Assembly (NCBI GenBank): GCA_028023455.1
Contig: JAQFVV010000004.1
Coordinates: 17,980,001 to 18,044,000 of the forward strand
DNA from: Epiperipatus broadwayi
Lineage: Eukaryota; Animalia; Onychophora
Length of the DNA stretch: 64,000 nucleotides
Reading direction: 5' to 3'
Shown here: in pieces, positions 50,784 to 64,000 of the stretch
Layout: each line of letters starts with the position of its first letter
Numbering within the stretch: the first letter of the stretch is position 1
Made by a program: the position numbers and the translations under genes
The notes under the pieces: generated by a model
Told to the model about the DNA's origin: nothing
Database searches by the model: none
What the model saw: only the letters and a program-made list of their open reading frames with translations

Positions 50784-51449
50784 ATACCAGGAACTATTTT
50801 TAAGAAACGTTATATTTGTCATTAACCAAATAAATACAATAATGAGTTCCTTTAAAGCAATTGCAAATTTAAAAGATAAAATAAAATGCAGTCACTTTAG
50901 AAGATGTTATTCAGAGTACTTTTCTTAATATTTTGGAAAGACATTATATATCTGTGTTACTTCTAATACAAATGATATCCTAGCATCATAATAATTCATT
51001 TATTGAAAGAATATTTTTATTGCTCTACAAAAGGGAAAAAATAATTTGTATTTGTTTATGTCTTAATATTGCCAAAATAATGTCTAATTTTATTATGGAA
51101 CTATTTGTGATCGGTTTATTTTTAATTCTTCTATACCTTCTATGTGCTCCTGTTCATTTAAAACTAAAATTGCAGACAATTATTTAAAAACTCCTGCTTT
51201 AAAATGTTTGCTTGTTTATTTTTTTTTCTACATTAATAAAACAGTGTTATATTTTGCTAAATGGAACAACAAAATGACTCCTCAATTAAAGAGAATTATT
51301 TTCATTTTAAATAATGAAAGAACTTTCAATTCTCAACTTGTTTAAATGGGGTAAACAAGTTTAATATATATTTATTATTTTATGAAATTGATATTGTCAT
51401 AGTATAAATGAAAGCAGGTGAACCTGGAGTGATGGAAAATTGTCATCAA

Positions 51450-54400
51450 CTTAATATATCAAATTTAAATATACAGTGAATATAATCAATATAATAAGAG
51501 ATCAGCAAAGAAATAAAATTAACTATAAGTTCACCCAGCATTACAAAAAAGTAAAATAACCATTCATCATCAGTCAACAATAAAAATCACAAAAATCAAT
51601 ACTCAGTCTTGTAATTGGATTTGAAAGTAGTTCACTATAGATCAAGCTAATTATCTAGCCAGTGCCAAACTTATGGCAGAAATACAAACAATATTTTGGA
51701 TGCACAGACTTAAGTGCTAGTTCATCAGAATACAACAATAAAAAGTAATACTGAGATACTAAACTAAACTGATTATTATTAATTCTCTGGCCACTTAATA
51801 CTATTAATATACTGGCTAACTATAAACTTAAATTAATCAAATAAAATAAAATGTGGTGCATTTACTTTAAAGAATATACCTTTGTGCTAACCAGGATCAT
51901 CATCAACTGGATGTCCATAACACCAAACATAAACCCTAACATCCATATAATTAACTGTTACATATGAATCCAGTTCAGAAAGCAAGAGCTCTATAACTGT
52001 TACTATGAGCAAGAGATAATACCAACATAGAATATGTTAAATCTATTTTGGTATTGGAATAAATTCACTAGAATAACTTAATGAAATATAAATTTATTAA
52101 TTAGAAACAATAAAATGAAATTAAGGTCTGCTAAGTGGCTATAAATATAAATTCAACATTCTGATTTTGATTAAAATAATACTAAAAAAATATGCTATTA
52201 AATTGTAATTTTCAGATATTTTAATAGGTTTACATAAAATATACCTATATATAAATACACAAGACATGTTATATAATATAAAATTAACATATTAGAATTG
52301 TCATAAACTAATAATAAAATTCAATTCATTTTTAATACTACATAAATAATGACCGATTTAACATATATGTGGTTCACACATTCAAATGTGTGCACACACT
52401 GGCATTTATATCCTATAATATTTCATTCATCAAAAAATAAACTTATTAAATCCACATATTATATTTTTACAAAAATTTAATTTAATATTGAAAATATACA
52501 TAAAATGCACATGTATATGTGTATATTTATAAAAAAAAAAGTTAGATAGTATGAATTTTAAATAAATCAAAGTTACCAGTCCATTATTTTTAATTGTAAA
52601 CAACAGGTTTTTTTTTTTAAAAAAAAAAACACTATCTTGGAAGTTTGTGTAAAATTTGAGCTTTTTTGCTTCATAAAATAAAAACTAGAATCAATAATCT
52701 GTTTATAGATGTACTAATTAAGCAAAACTTATTTACTTTTAAAACTTGTGAATTAGAGATTTTAATTGTTAAGTTAAGTGATTTCAATAAATTATTTTTT
52801 ATTCACCAGCTGTATGCAGTTTATATATATGACCAACAATAATTATATGTCTGTGCTTCTTTGCATATAGATTAATCAGCATATGTATAAAATCATATCT
52901 TGGTAATCCTTCAGCAAGCCAACTAACACTGAAATCTTTTGGTAAGCTGGTCCATTACAATCATGTCCATGATAATGGTATAATGTCCAATTGACATCTT
53001 CAGGGAAAATATAAACCAGTGGCAGCAGCTCCATTCAGTCTCTATAATTTGATAGACTTTAGGTAAGCCATCTAGTCACATATATGGGTTATGAACCACA
53101 GAAAAACTGGACTTGCTTTCAGGGGAATTCAAAGTCTACCATTGTGACATTAGCAGAGCTAACTTGTATTCTATATCTGTCTTTTCTTTATAACTTATAA
53201 TAATAATGCTATAATGTTCTTTTTCCTTTCCAAATCTACCTTTTATAGTTAGTGGTAGAATTTAAAAACACATCAATTAAATAATTTTTTTGTTTATCTT
53301 GATCAAAAAAGTTAATAGCTCTTTTCAGTTCATCTTAATTAAAACCAATTTTTTATCTCAAAGTTTTCTTAATCCTTTCAACAACATCAGAGTATATGAT
53401 ACTAAAGTTTATCAAAAGCTTTAATTTAAAAAAATGTTTAAACTAATTAAAATAGATAGGGGAACTTTATAATTACTATTAGCTATTGTAACATAAAAAC
53501 AAGCTGGTTTTGAATTTCTTTTTTTAATTATCAAAATAAGAATAAAACATTAAATAGATCTTTTTAAAAGTTTGATTTAACTACAATAATTTCTAATAAT
53601 TTTACATTCAGAATTATTATTTGATCTTTAACTGTTATTCCAGTATAATATAATAAATATCTACAAAAAATGTTTGTGTTTATTTCTACTTTTATTTTCA
53701 ACTTTATATATCATATATATATATATGTGTGTGTGTGTGTGGGTGGGTGGGTGAGTGTGCGCACACTATTACAGCATTGTATACTATGAGACATATAACT
53801 CTCAATATAACATTATTATTATTGTAGTTATATTATTCTTGCATTTCTGATTATTATTTCATATGCAGATAAAATGTTTTTAAAATTGTAAATTATTAAG
53901 AGTTCTTGGAATTTATATCCCAATATAATACAGTTTATTACTGTGCATATGATAAAAATAGCTTTCCTATATTTGATATGTGTATGAGTGAAATGTTTGA
54001 AAGTCAGTGTGTGATATGAGACACTTTTAAAATTCTTAATATTTGATATTGCTTTGCAATTGTAGTGCATTAATCTGCATACATTTTTTAGATCAAGTAT
54101 ATGTGTTATTGTGCATATGGATATATGGCAAGTTACCTTTTCTATTTACTATTAAAAAAGTAATATCTGGTTCATTTATTAATTGGTATGTAGCATGGTG
54201 GCATATATCAATTTTGAAATTTAGTCAGATGGTTTCCTTTACTATTGTATTTATTAAGCCCCTCCATGAGAGAGAGAGAGAGTGTGTGTGGCTTACTTGC
54301 TTTGGCACTGCCAGGTCAAGTTACTGAGTGCCCATTTATTTATTTCCCACTATTCATTTTTCTTTAGCTTTATATTAGTCATAGGTATTTTATTATGTGA

Positions 54401-57400
54401 GAATAATTAAAGGTGTGCCCATTTATGCACTTATTTTTGCTAGTTTTACTATAATTTTCCTTTAAAGATGTTAGTTTATTGTCAGTATTGAGCTCTTTTA
54501 CTTCACTCCTTATATGCATTAATAAATTTAAACCTATATAATTATTTTTACATAATATCTAGCTATTTTTACAATGTCATTAGAGTTAAGTTTCAACACT
54601 GATTTTTAAACATTACTGGTATTGTAGTTTTAATATCATTTTTAGTGGTCTATTTATATACATATATGATAATCTGGGTACATAATTGTGAGATGGCCAG
54701 TATCTTAAATAAAAGTGTGAGAACTTTTTAAATAATGTAAATATTGTAATTATAATTTTACAGGGATTATTCAGAAAGAGATATTTTATTTTAAATTAGA
54801 CAAATATTTATGTCAGTATAATTTGTAATATTAAAGTTATATGTTTCTTCTAAATGTCTTTTATTGTATTAAATATTATTATCTTGAAAATGAATATTTT
54901 ATTATTCATTAAATATGTTTATGTTATCAATGCCATCATCATATTCATTTATCCAGAAAATCCAATTTATTAAAGTTTTGCTAAACATTATTGTATAAGA
55001 GAGTGCATTCAAGTCACATTAAATTTGCTTATTCACTTTATTTATTATTTATTGAACATGAGCATTATTTTAAATAAATATTATATTGATTTATGCTTAT
55101 TATAAGTATGCTTAATGATATAGTAAATAGCATAAAAGTAGTCTTTCTCTCTGCTGCATATTTTATTTTCCATTACTTGGTACAAGTTCATATGTGAAGA
55201 TATTAGAATGTGTCTATAGGTTGTATAAGATGAATATTCATAGGAAAATAATTTTAGATATTTAAATAGTATTTTATTGCTAGCCAAATGGTTATCTGAA
55301 ATATTCAGATGGTTAAGTATTTTATATTTTACTTTTTCATACATGTAGGGATATAAGATTACAGAATTACAAAAAAAAAAAATATTTAGTGTATAAGAGT
55401 TTAAATGGTTATTGAATTTAGTAATATTCAAGTGTTTAATGCAAAAATTATTTTATTATATCAAGTACAAATATAAATCCTGAGATGTAGATAAATTAAG
55501 AACCCAGTATGTGGATTTAATTTTAACAAACACCTGAGATTTAAATAAGAACCTGAGATAAGATTTAAATATAATAGAAACCTGTGATTTTGTTATTTGC
55601 ATTTATATTGTGATATATATTTTGTCTATAAGGGAACTCATTCCCTGTGGTGTTTAGAACCCATAGTTATTATGGTTTCAATAGGTGTGATTATCTCATA
55701 TATATTGAAAGCATTATGTGTTTCATGACATAGAACATAGTAGTGTATGTGCATATATACATATAATATAGATATAATTGAAAGAAAAAATAGAAAACAC
55801 AGACAAAAAAAGTTGTAGATATTTTCTATATTACACCGGAAGAACAGCTAAGGATTAAATAATTTTGAATTTAAAATTATTTTATTATAAATTAAACATT
55901 TAAAAAGGTATATTTTATTAATTCTAATTTTGAAATTAAAAAAAGCTTGTTTTTATGTTTAATTGGTATACTGGTAATTACAAAATTCTACTATTTTGAT
56001 TAAAGGAATATTTTAATTAAAGCTTGGATAACATATATAAAATTCCACAAAATTGTTTTTCAAAGGATTAAGTTGAATTGAAAAAGTCATTAATTTATTT
56101 TGAATCAAGATAGGGAAAACTTATTTTTAATTACCATATTTCCCACACTGTCTATAAAAAGATTGAAAAAATATTAGAGAGCAGTTCTTAGAGTTGTACA
56201 GATTGCCAGAACCATCATGTAGTTATAACTGAAGGTGAGGAGTGTAAGTTCAGTGGCTGCTACTAGTTCACTATGGTTGAGTTTATATTCACATGGAAGC
56301 AAGACCCAGTTTTTCTGTGTTCTCTATAGCCTACATTGTACTTGATGGCTTGCCTAATGTCTATCCAATCCTAGACTAAATAGAAACAATTAAATGTCAA
56401 TAGTTACCTGGATTATACTTTTTCTGAAAATGACAATAAGTCAGTCTACTGATGTTAAAGTTACCAGTTTACCAAGAGTACATCAACTTGCTGAAGAATT
56501 AGTTTATACATATGCTGATTTATCTATATGCAGAGAAACACAGATAAAAATACTGTGTCACATATATATAAAGTACAGCTGGTGAGTAGTGTTATATATA
56601 TTGAGAATAATATTTTAAATAATTGGTTTAGTGAAAATAACATTTAAAATCTATAATTTAAAGGTAAAACAAGTAAATAATTTTTGCTTGAGTTGAAGGG
56701 TTAAAAATAAAGAATTAATTTATAGACAATTTTATATTTTATAAATGAAAACAAAACTCCAAAAGCATTTCTAGATTGAAACACAAAGGAACTTGCAGAA
56801 GTATTTTTTAAAGATGTTTATAATAAATCAACAGTAACCTGTCAAAGATGCAATATTTTTTTAAAAAAAGAACATTTTTTTTGACTTACATAAAAAAGAT
56901 AAACTAATTCATATTTTATTTTAATTCATATCATTTATATGTTTATGTATACACACATCATATGTGTGCATTTATGTGAAAAATATATTTTTAATAAGTC
57001 TATAATTATGCCAAATTAAAATATATATATAATATCAGGATGAACATACATTTCCATGGTATACTCATTATATATATATAAGAACGGTTATTATTTATGT
57101 ATCATTAAAATGTGATAACTTAATTTTTTATTATTATATGACAATTCAAATATGTTCATTAATTATACCACATATCTGTGTGCTGATATATATATATATA
57201 TATATGTTTTATGTAAATCAATTATGAGTGTATTTGTAGATCACATGTGATAGTTAATTGTATATTAATCAAAATCAGAACACTGAATTTATATTTATGG
57301 CATACTCAGCAAACCGTAATTTTATTTTTTGTTAAAATTATGCCATTGAACTTATTTAATCCTAAACAGTTTTAGAATATTATATGTTGTATTAATTCTT

Positions 57401-57990
57401 GCTCACACTAATAGTTATAGAGCTTTTGTTCTTTGAGCTAGATTCATGCATAACAGTTTGTTATATAAAAAGGTTTTACATTTAGTGTTTATGGGTATCC
57501 AGTTTATGATGACCTTGGATTGCCACAAAGAGGATATTCTTTAATGTCCATGCACTACATTTTATTTAGTTTAGTATTTATTACAAATTAAGTTTATAGT
57601 TGGAGAGTACATTAATGTTACTAAGTAACCATAGTAATGATAATGATCAGCATATTTTAGTATTTCATCATTTTTTGTTGTATTCTAATGGATTAGCACT
57701 TAAGGTTGTGCATCCAAATTAATGTTTAAATAATCTGCCCCAAGCTGGCAAGAGCTAAATAATTATCTTAGTCTATAGTAGACCTATTTCAAATTTAGTC
57801 ACCAAAATGAATGTTGATTCATTTTTATTGGTGATCATTTATGGTGATAGATGAGTATTTTCAGTGATAATTCTGGGGAACTTATAGTTAGCTGTGCTGA
57901 TCTCTCATGCTCATTTTTTATATTTAATATATTAAATTTTGAATCATTGACAGGGTTGATGATGATGAGTACTACTTCCTCATAAATACC
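51450..57990. repeat. Old ~2.2-kb inverted duplication (about 51450-53650 versus 55780-57990) with ~2.1-kb spacer
   Basis: Nested reverse-complement blocks: tttggatgcac..ttaagtgcta (51.70/57.70 kb), cataaataatgaccg (52.34/57.09), tcaccagctgta (52.80/56.58), tatacatatgctgat (52.88/56.51), cacagaaaaactgg (53.10/56.31). Confidence 0.8.
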
Positions 57991-58499
57991 TCCTAATTGT
58001 CCATACCAGAATAATATATATATATATTTAATTTTAAATAATATTATTTTAACTTAGACCATCTATAGAAATTTTTTACAATCCTTCAAGTGAAAATGTT
58101 TAATGGAAAAAAATCAATCTCTACTGGACATAGTGTCTGTCATAATCAGTCTAATCACACTCTGTAATTTCCACCAAATATAGCAATAAAATTTTATATA
58201 AACTCAATTGCAATGTGTAAATTATTATTAAAGTTTGTCTATTAACATAAAACCAGATACAATGGAGTCTTTAATTAAATTAACACTAAAATTATGCTCT
58301 GACTTAGTATCCAAGCATCATATTCAATGTTATTTATTCAATTTAAAAAGAAATTGTATTCTATGTTTGGTGGGGACCTTAACTAGTTTCCAGGGTGCTA
58401 ATATTGTTCAGCGGAGATTCGATTATTGTTTATACTTGAAATATGAAAATGGTTTTATGGTAGTCTGTCACCATCATTATTGTCAACCATTATCAGTCC

Positions 58500-58890
58500 A
58501 TTGTGGGATGAAGATCTCTCTAAGTTCAATGCATTTTCTTCAATATCTAGCCTCTCATCTCCACATCAGCTCCACACACTTTCTTATTTCATTCATCTAT
58601 CTCACATGTGCTTTTACAGACTCTTGGAGTCCTATTAAAGATTTCAATTTTCCATCTATTGTCATCTCTTCTAGCAATATGTCCAGCCAAACTCCACTTT
58701 AGTCTTCTAATTCATTCAGTGATTTCAGTAACACCTGTTTGTTCTCTTACCATATATTGCATTTTTGATCTCCTTTTGTTACTCCTAACATGCATCTCTC
58801 CATACTTCTTTGGGTGGTCTGAAATCTCTGTATTGTTTTGTATTAAGTATCCATGTTTCAGATCCACAAGTAAGAACTGGTAATTCATAT
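58500..58890 (-). mobile_element. RTE LINE 3' fragment
   Basis: Minus-strand LPVLTCGSETW...LKWSLAGHIARRDDNRW, the typical RTE C-terminus. Confidence 0.8.
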
Positions 58891-60929
58891 CATTTTATCA
58901 GTTAGACTAAAGTCTATGATTATGTGTCTATACTGTTTTTGAGATAGACAACTTTATTGTATTTAGAGCTGTTTCATCAGCACTTTTGTTATACATATGT
59001 ATCTAGCCAATATTATAGTCTAATTAACAAACATCAGATATTTACACTACAATATTGCTGTGGAAAGCTATGTAATAACTGATTTATTAATTAATTTTAC
59101 CCTAAAATTAAATCAAATAAAAACAATATAATTTTGCATCCAGATGGCATAAACGCACAGAATAAATGTGGCACTACCTGTGGATCCTGACTCTAGCCTG
59201 GGGACAACATTGGTATAAAAATATAGTGATGTTATGAATATGCATTTATATTTCTGGATATTCTTTAAATTACATTTTTTTGGTTTAATTCCTTCAATTC
59301 AAATAAAATATAAGAATGGATTTTTTTTTCAACAGTTCAGATGTGAAGTTTTTTTTATCCTTAAATTATCTTTTTCCTTTTTAATTTGAACCAATTTCTC
59401 AATGTTCTTTTCATGATAATCCCCAAATTTTTCTATGATCTTGATATTTGTCAGTCAAAGTCTGAATCTCTAATTTAATTAAATCATTCAAAATTCCAAA
59501 TTTATCTATAAAATAAAAAAAGGTAGTATATAAAATCAAGTATTCATAAATTTTCCATTCTATCATTCTTTTTCTTTTTTTTTTTTAGAGGAATAGCATC
59601 TGTCTCTTTCTATTTATTTTTGTTTTTTAAAAAAATACATATAATAAATGCTTTTATTAATTTATTTTGGATTAAAACACACAAAATAATTGTTTCTTCA
59701 ACCACAATTGAGCTTTTTATATTTAATTGGATTTCAGAAATTGATTAAGTATTAAATTCCTTGATACAAAAAAAATATGAATTTACTTAATTTCTGGACC
59801 CCCCCCCTGATTTTATTTATATGAAAAGCCTGATTGTGTTGTTGAAGAAAATTATTTTTTATATTTTAGTCCAAAGTAAATAAATAAAAGTGTTTATTAT
59901 AAAATACTTTTTGTATCTATTATTTTTCAGTTTTTATCATTAAGGTTGAAAGTAAAATCATAAGCATTAAATAAAGTTTGTTTATAACATACTATATATG
60001 TATTGTTAACAATATACTATTATAGTCATGATTTGCTATTTAAAGTTTTTTTAATATATATATTGCCCTCTCATGCACATTACTGAAAACTTATTGAAGT
60101 GGGATCACAAATTTGAAATTTGATATCAAAATATTTGAAATTTACCTCGAATATTTTAGTATAATATTGCACTGCCAATGATTTATAACAAATGGACAAA
60201 ATTTGAAATAATTCTATTGAATATAAATATATTAAATCTTGATTTTAAACTTTTATTCAAATAAACAGTGAAACAAACCAACAGAGATTGAAATAAATAA
60301 ACAAACAAACAGAGATTCTGATTTAAATAAAAGTGTTTAATAAAAACAGAATAAAAAGCATAGAATATAATTAGATAATTAGTAATTATCTTTATATAAA
60401 TAGTCTTGAAATCAAATCTTTAATCTCATAAACTAATTTGAGATGAATTGTACTGTAAATATTGCACACACATACATATGTATGTATGTATGTGTATGTA
60501 GGTTAAGCTCTGTCTCTTTGAAGGTACTAAAATCAAGTGTTTATTAACAGTACTAATTCATTATTGTTTATAAGTTAATTTATTCTTTCAATAGCTATTT
60601 CATAATATATAATGAATGCTTTATATCTATATGTATGTGTCACATTTGCCACTAAATAAGTTACCAAACTAAGAGTTTGTTCTTAAATTAAAAACAACAA
60701 CAACAGAAAAGTCAAATTTGTTTAGTCTCACTCACACAACTTCCCATTTATTATTTTTTAATTTTTTTTATCATCTTATCTCATTTATATTTTTTATCCT
60801 ATCCTTTTGTACTTTCCAAGGTTCTTGATCTTCTTTTATCTTCTATATAACTTATGTATATGTTTTTGGTTTTTTTAATTTTCTTTTTTTGTTCATATCT
60901 TTTTCCAATTTTTATTATTATTGCTCCTC

Positions 60930-61045
60930 TTTCTTCTTCATAATTGCTCTTTTCTTTATCTTCATCATCATCTTCTTTTTCTTCTTCTTATTCTTCTCCT
61001 CTTCTTTCTCCTCCCCTTTTCTTCTTCTTCTTATTCCTATTATTA
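60930..61045. repeat. Degenerate (CTT)n/(TAT)n low-complexity tract
   Basis: Directly visible. Confidence 0.85.
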
Positions 61046-63284
61046 TTACAGTCCTTTAAAATTAAATTTTATAAAAATAAAATTTTATATTCAGCGAGGA
61101 AATAATATTAAATACTAATGATTCATGTATAGAGAATCAAAATTGAATTCCTATATAGGATATAAGATTTTTTTTTTTTTTTTTGAATTGTCATTAAAAA
61201 TAAATTCTGAAGTATAATTTATTTATTTTTATAAAATATCACCATTTATTTATTCGTTCTCTCTCTCTCTCTTTTTATATTTTAAAATAACATACATAGA
61301 TTGTCACACATATTTGGATATTTCAAGACTTGGATATTTCAAATTGTTGCACTAGGTCAAATTTATATTTCTGGTATAAATAAATAATTATCTAATAATG
61401 ACTGAATCAATATGAATGGTATGATTCAATACTTGATGAATATATTTATATAAAAAATATCTAGATGAATAATATTTTAAAAGTAAATAAATTTTTAGTA
61501 TTATGTTATTAAATTGTAAATATGGTCTCTACGTTATTGATCTGAGATAATTTGACATAACTAAGCAATATGATGCTGAGATCAAGCGCTAACACTGAAT
61601 TATCGTTAAAGAAAATTTCCCAATGTTTGCTACTGTCTTAATATAATTTATTTTATTATTTCAAATTTATTGATACATAACATAATGATACACAAACTAT
61701 ATACATAAAAATACTTTGCGTTAGATTTTATATTAGAAGAATAATCTGAAACTGTAAATATGTATGCATTAATGCTAATATTACATTTCTACATAAATAA
61801 ACAAATATTTTATGAATTTAATCTAAACTTATTGAGAAGACGTGGAGTTTAAAATAAAATATTAAAGTTCATGTTTATACATCTGTTACAGTTATTATGA
61901 TTCTGTTATATATTTAAATATAGATTATTATATTTAAATTCTTTCTATTATTTTGTGAAGAAAAAAATGTTTTTAGTATTTTGGAACATTAAAAATAGTA
62001 ATAGATAACATTACAAAGTACTTTTAAGTAGTATACTGAAAAAATATCAATATTAATGGCTTTATGCTTATTGATTATTATTAAACCTTAATCTGTTTGT
62101 TGATTAATAGTAATAATATTAATAAAAAATTGGGGAATAAAAAATTAAAAGTTGTGATAACAAAGTTTATAATATTGACTTACAAATACTGTACATAAAG
62201 AAATTTATTATGATAAAAAAATACTATTATTTATATTAACAATAATATAAAAAAAAACATTTTCATATTTATTTTAAAATTACAAAAAAAATAAAAATAA
62301 ATATTATCTAGCTTTTATTATAAACAAACTTTGAAGTATTTTATATAACATGATTTATGCATTTCTGAAAATATATTTAAATTCTCGTGTAAAATGTTTA
62401 ACCTAAAAATTGATATTTAAAACATTTTTAAATTTCTAATTTTTTTAGAAGAATTTAAATAACTTTAAATACTAATAATAGAAACAGTAATTAACTTAAC
62501 TTGGTTAATTAACAGTCAGTTGTTGTTTTTTTCATGTGTAATAGTCAGTTTATATAAAAAGACTTCATTCTTGTTAATGAACCGTGCGCCCCCTATTCAC
62601 TTTATTATTTTCGGACTGAAGAAGGCTTTAAAAGTATCTATCTAGATAGTAGGCTACTATTATCAGGCATTAACGCTTGATGAACATTCCAAAAAGAATA
62701 GTATTTAAATTTTTTAAATTAATTATTTGTAGTTGTTTTCATTTCAGGTGGAATAATTCTACCTTTAATTAATTTTTTTTATTAAGGAAAATACCATACA
62801 ATTACAGTATAAATCTTTTTGGTATACATTTGTTACACTTATTATAACAATCACCAGTAAATAATTTTTCAAATTAGAAAATATACCCGTTTGATACATT
62901 AGTTACAATTATTATGACAAATTAATTTCATGATCAGAGGGAGAAGCTCATCGTTCAAACTTAGTCTGTAATTATTATGTAACTAGTTTTATATCAGAAC
63001 AACAGGCTCTTCATTTAGTGACTTAGCCGGTGATCATTATGCAGTCCATATTTTAATTGGCAGCAATCCTTTATTATTCTCAATCTGACGACCATTTATT
63101 TTTTAATCTTGAATTAATATTTAATTTGCATGCCTGAGGATAGGCTCTTCATCCAGTGGCCTAAGTTGCCCCCAAGTGGCCACGAAGAGCTTTTCCGGCA
63201 TTAACAAGCGATCCCTGAACATAATTCTTTGAATAAATTTTTACATATCTCCCACGTTCCTTACTTAAAAACAAAATAATTTCT

Positions 63285-64000
63285 AATAAACATCACATGA
63301 CCACCAGCTCTTATGCTTGTGTATAACTGTTGTTAAAAAAGGCAAAACTCATTATATGTATTGCCACACACAGCAAGCTAGAGTAATCAATGGATGCCAG
63401 AAGGCTTGTGCACAAAATCCCTGTCTAGTGCCTACTCATCCAATATCCCCAGACTTGTTTCTGGCTTGTGGCCTTCATCAGTGAGGAGCCTTGGATCTGA
63501 GAGCACTGCACCTAGATCTTAGGATCTAATGCAACTCTCCAGCAGCCACCTTTTATCTCCACTTAACTACAAAACTATGAGTCTTAAACTGAAAACACCT
63601 TAATGTTTTCAATCCAAGCCCATTAGCTTATATAGTCATATGGGTCTGAACTCAGTTCAGTACCCATACATTTTGGTGTCTTTGGTTTTTTAATAACCAT
63701 AGCCATCACTATCCTATTAGGCAGGATTGGTTTTAAGCCAATAAACATCACATGACCACCACCTCTTATGCTTGTGAATAACTGTTGTTAAAACAGGCAA
63801 AACTCACTACATGTATTGCCACACACAGCAAGCTAGAGTAATCAATGGATGCCAGAAGGCTTGTGCATAAATTCCCATCTAGTGCCTACTCATCCAATAT
63901 CCCCAGACTGATAAAGGCCATGGGATATTGGATGAGTAGGCAGTAGATGGGGATTTTATGCACAAGCCTTCTGGCATCCATTGATTTCTCTAGCTTGCTG
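63285..64000 (-). mobile_element. Element E: non-coding hammerhead-bearing tandem unit (455-bp period, ~170-bp terminal redundancy) with head-to-head inverted copy; retrozyme / Penelope-pLTR-like
   Basis: 63285-63454 is repeated at 63740-63908 (about 9 differences). An inverted copy runs from 63922 to the window end, and a hammerhead motif lies on the minus strand adjacent to repeat 1. Confidence 0.85.
63446..63487 (-). ncRNA. Minimal type I hammerhead ribozyme motif
   Basis: Minus strand TCCTCA-CTGATGA-A-GGC(cacaa)GCC-A-GAAA-C(aa)G-TC^TGGGGA: 6-bp stem I, intact CUGAUGA and GAAA, GUC triplet. Anomalies are an extra A before GAAA and a non-palindromic 2-nt loop III. Confidence 0.75.

Noticed and set aside
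56394-56585. ORF inside the inverted duplication as a conserved exon
   Set aside because: The paralogous copy (52.8-53.0 kb) has frame-breaking indels relative to it, and the peptide is not recognisable.

Overview
Very AT-rich, CpG-depleted animal (probably arthropod) genomic DNA with no long intact ORF; most ORF-track entries are TE fragments or noise. The one clearly recognisable host coding segment is not in the ORF track: a 57-nt first exon of virilizer/VIRMA (m6A writer-complex adaptor; MADSMVLLFFDTFSHDNSE, minus strand, 22432-22376). No exon 2 was found, so 1-22375 is probably intron 1. About 620 bp away, across a CpG-retaining promoter, a candidate divergent first exon starts at 23053. 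The rest is a TE graveyard: four hAT remnants, several RTE/L1-type LINE remnants, a decayed Gypsy carrying a TIR element (8-bp TSD) and a SINE, plus microsatellites and old duplications. The most unusual signal is a set of small non-coding fold-back insertions. Two carry minimal hammerhead ribozyme motifs (20.2 kb, 63.5 kb) and look like Penelope-type/retrozyme inserts. Three others (3.1, 6.4 and 18.4 kb; possibly also 0.4 kb) are sequence-diverged homologues of a ~340-nt unit. They keep the same stems with compensatory changes and share the tandem-plus-inverted architecture, but have no recognisable ribozyme core. They are a candidate undescribed structured-RNA mobile family. All alignments and folds were done by eye; boundaries of degenerate TEs are approximate.
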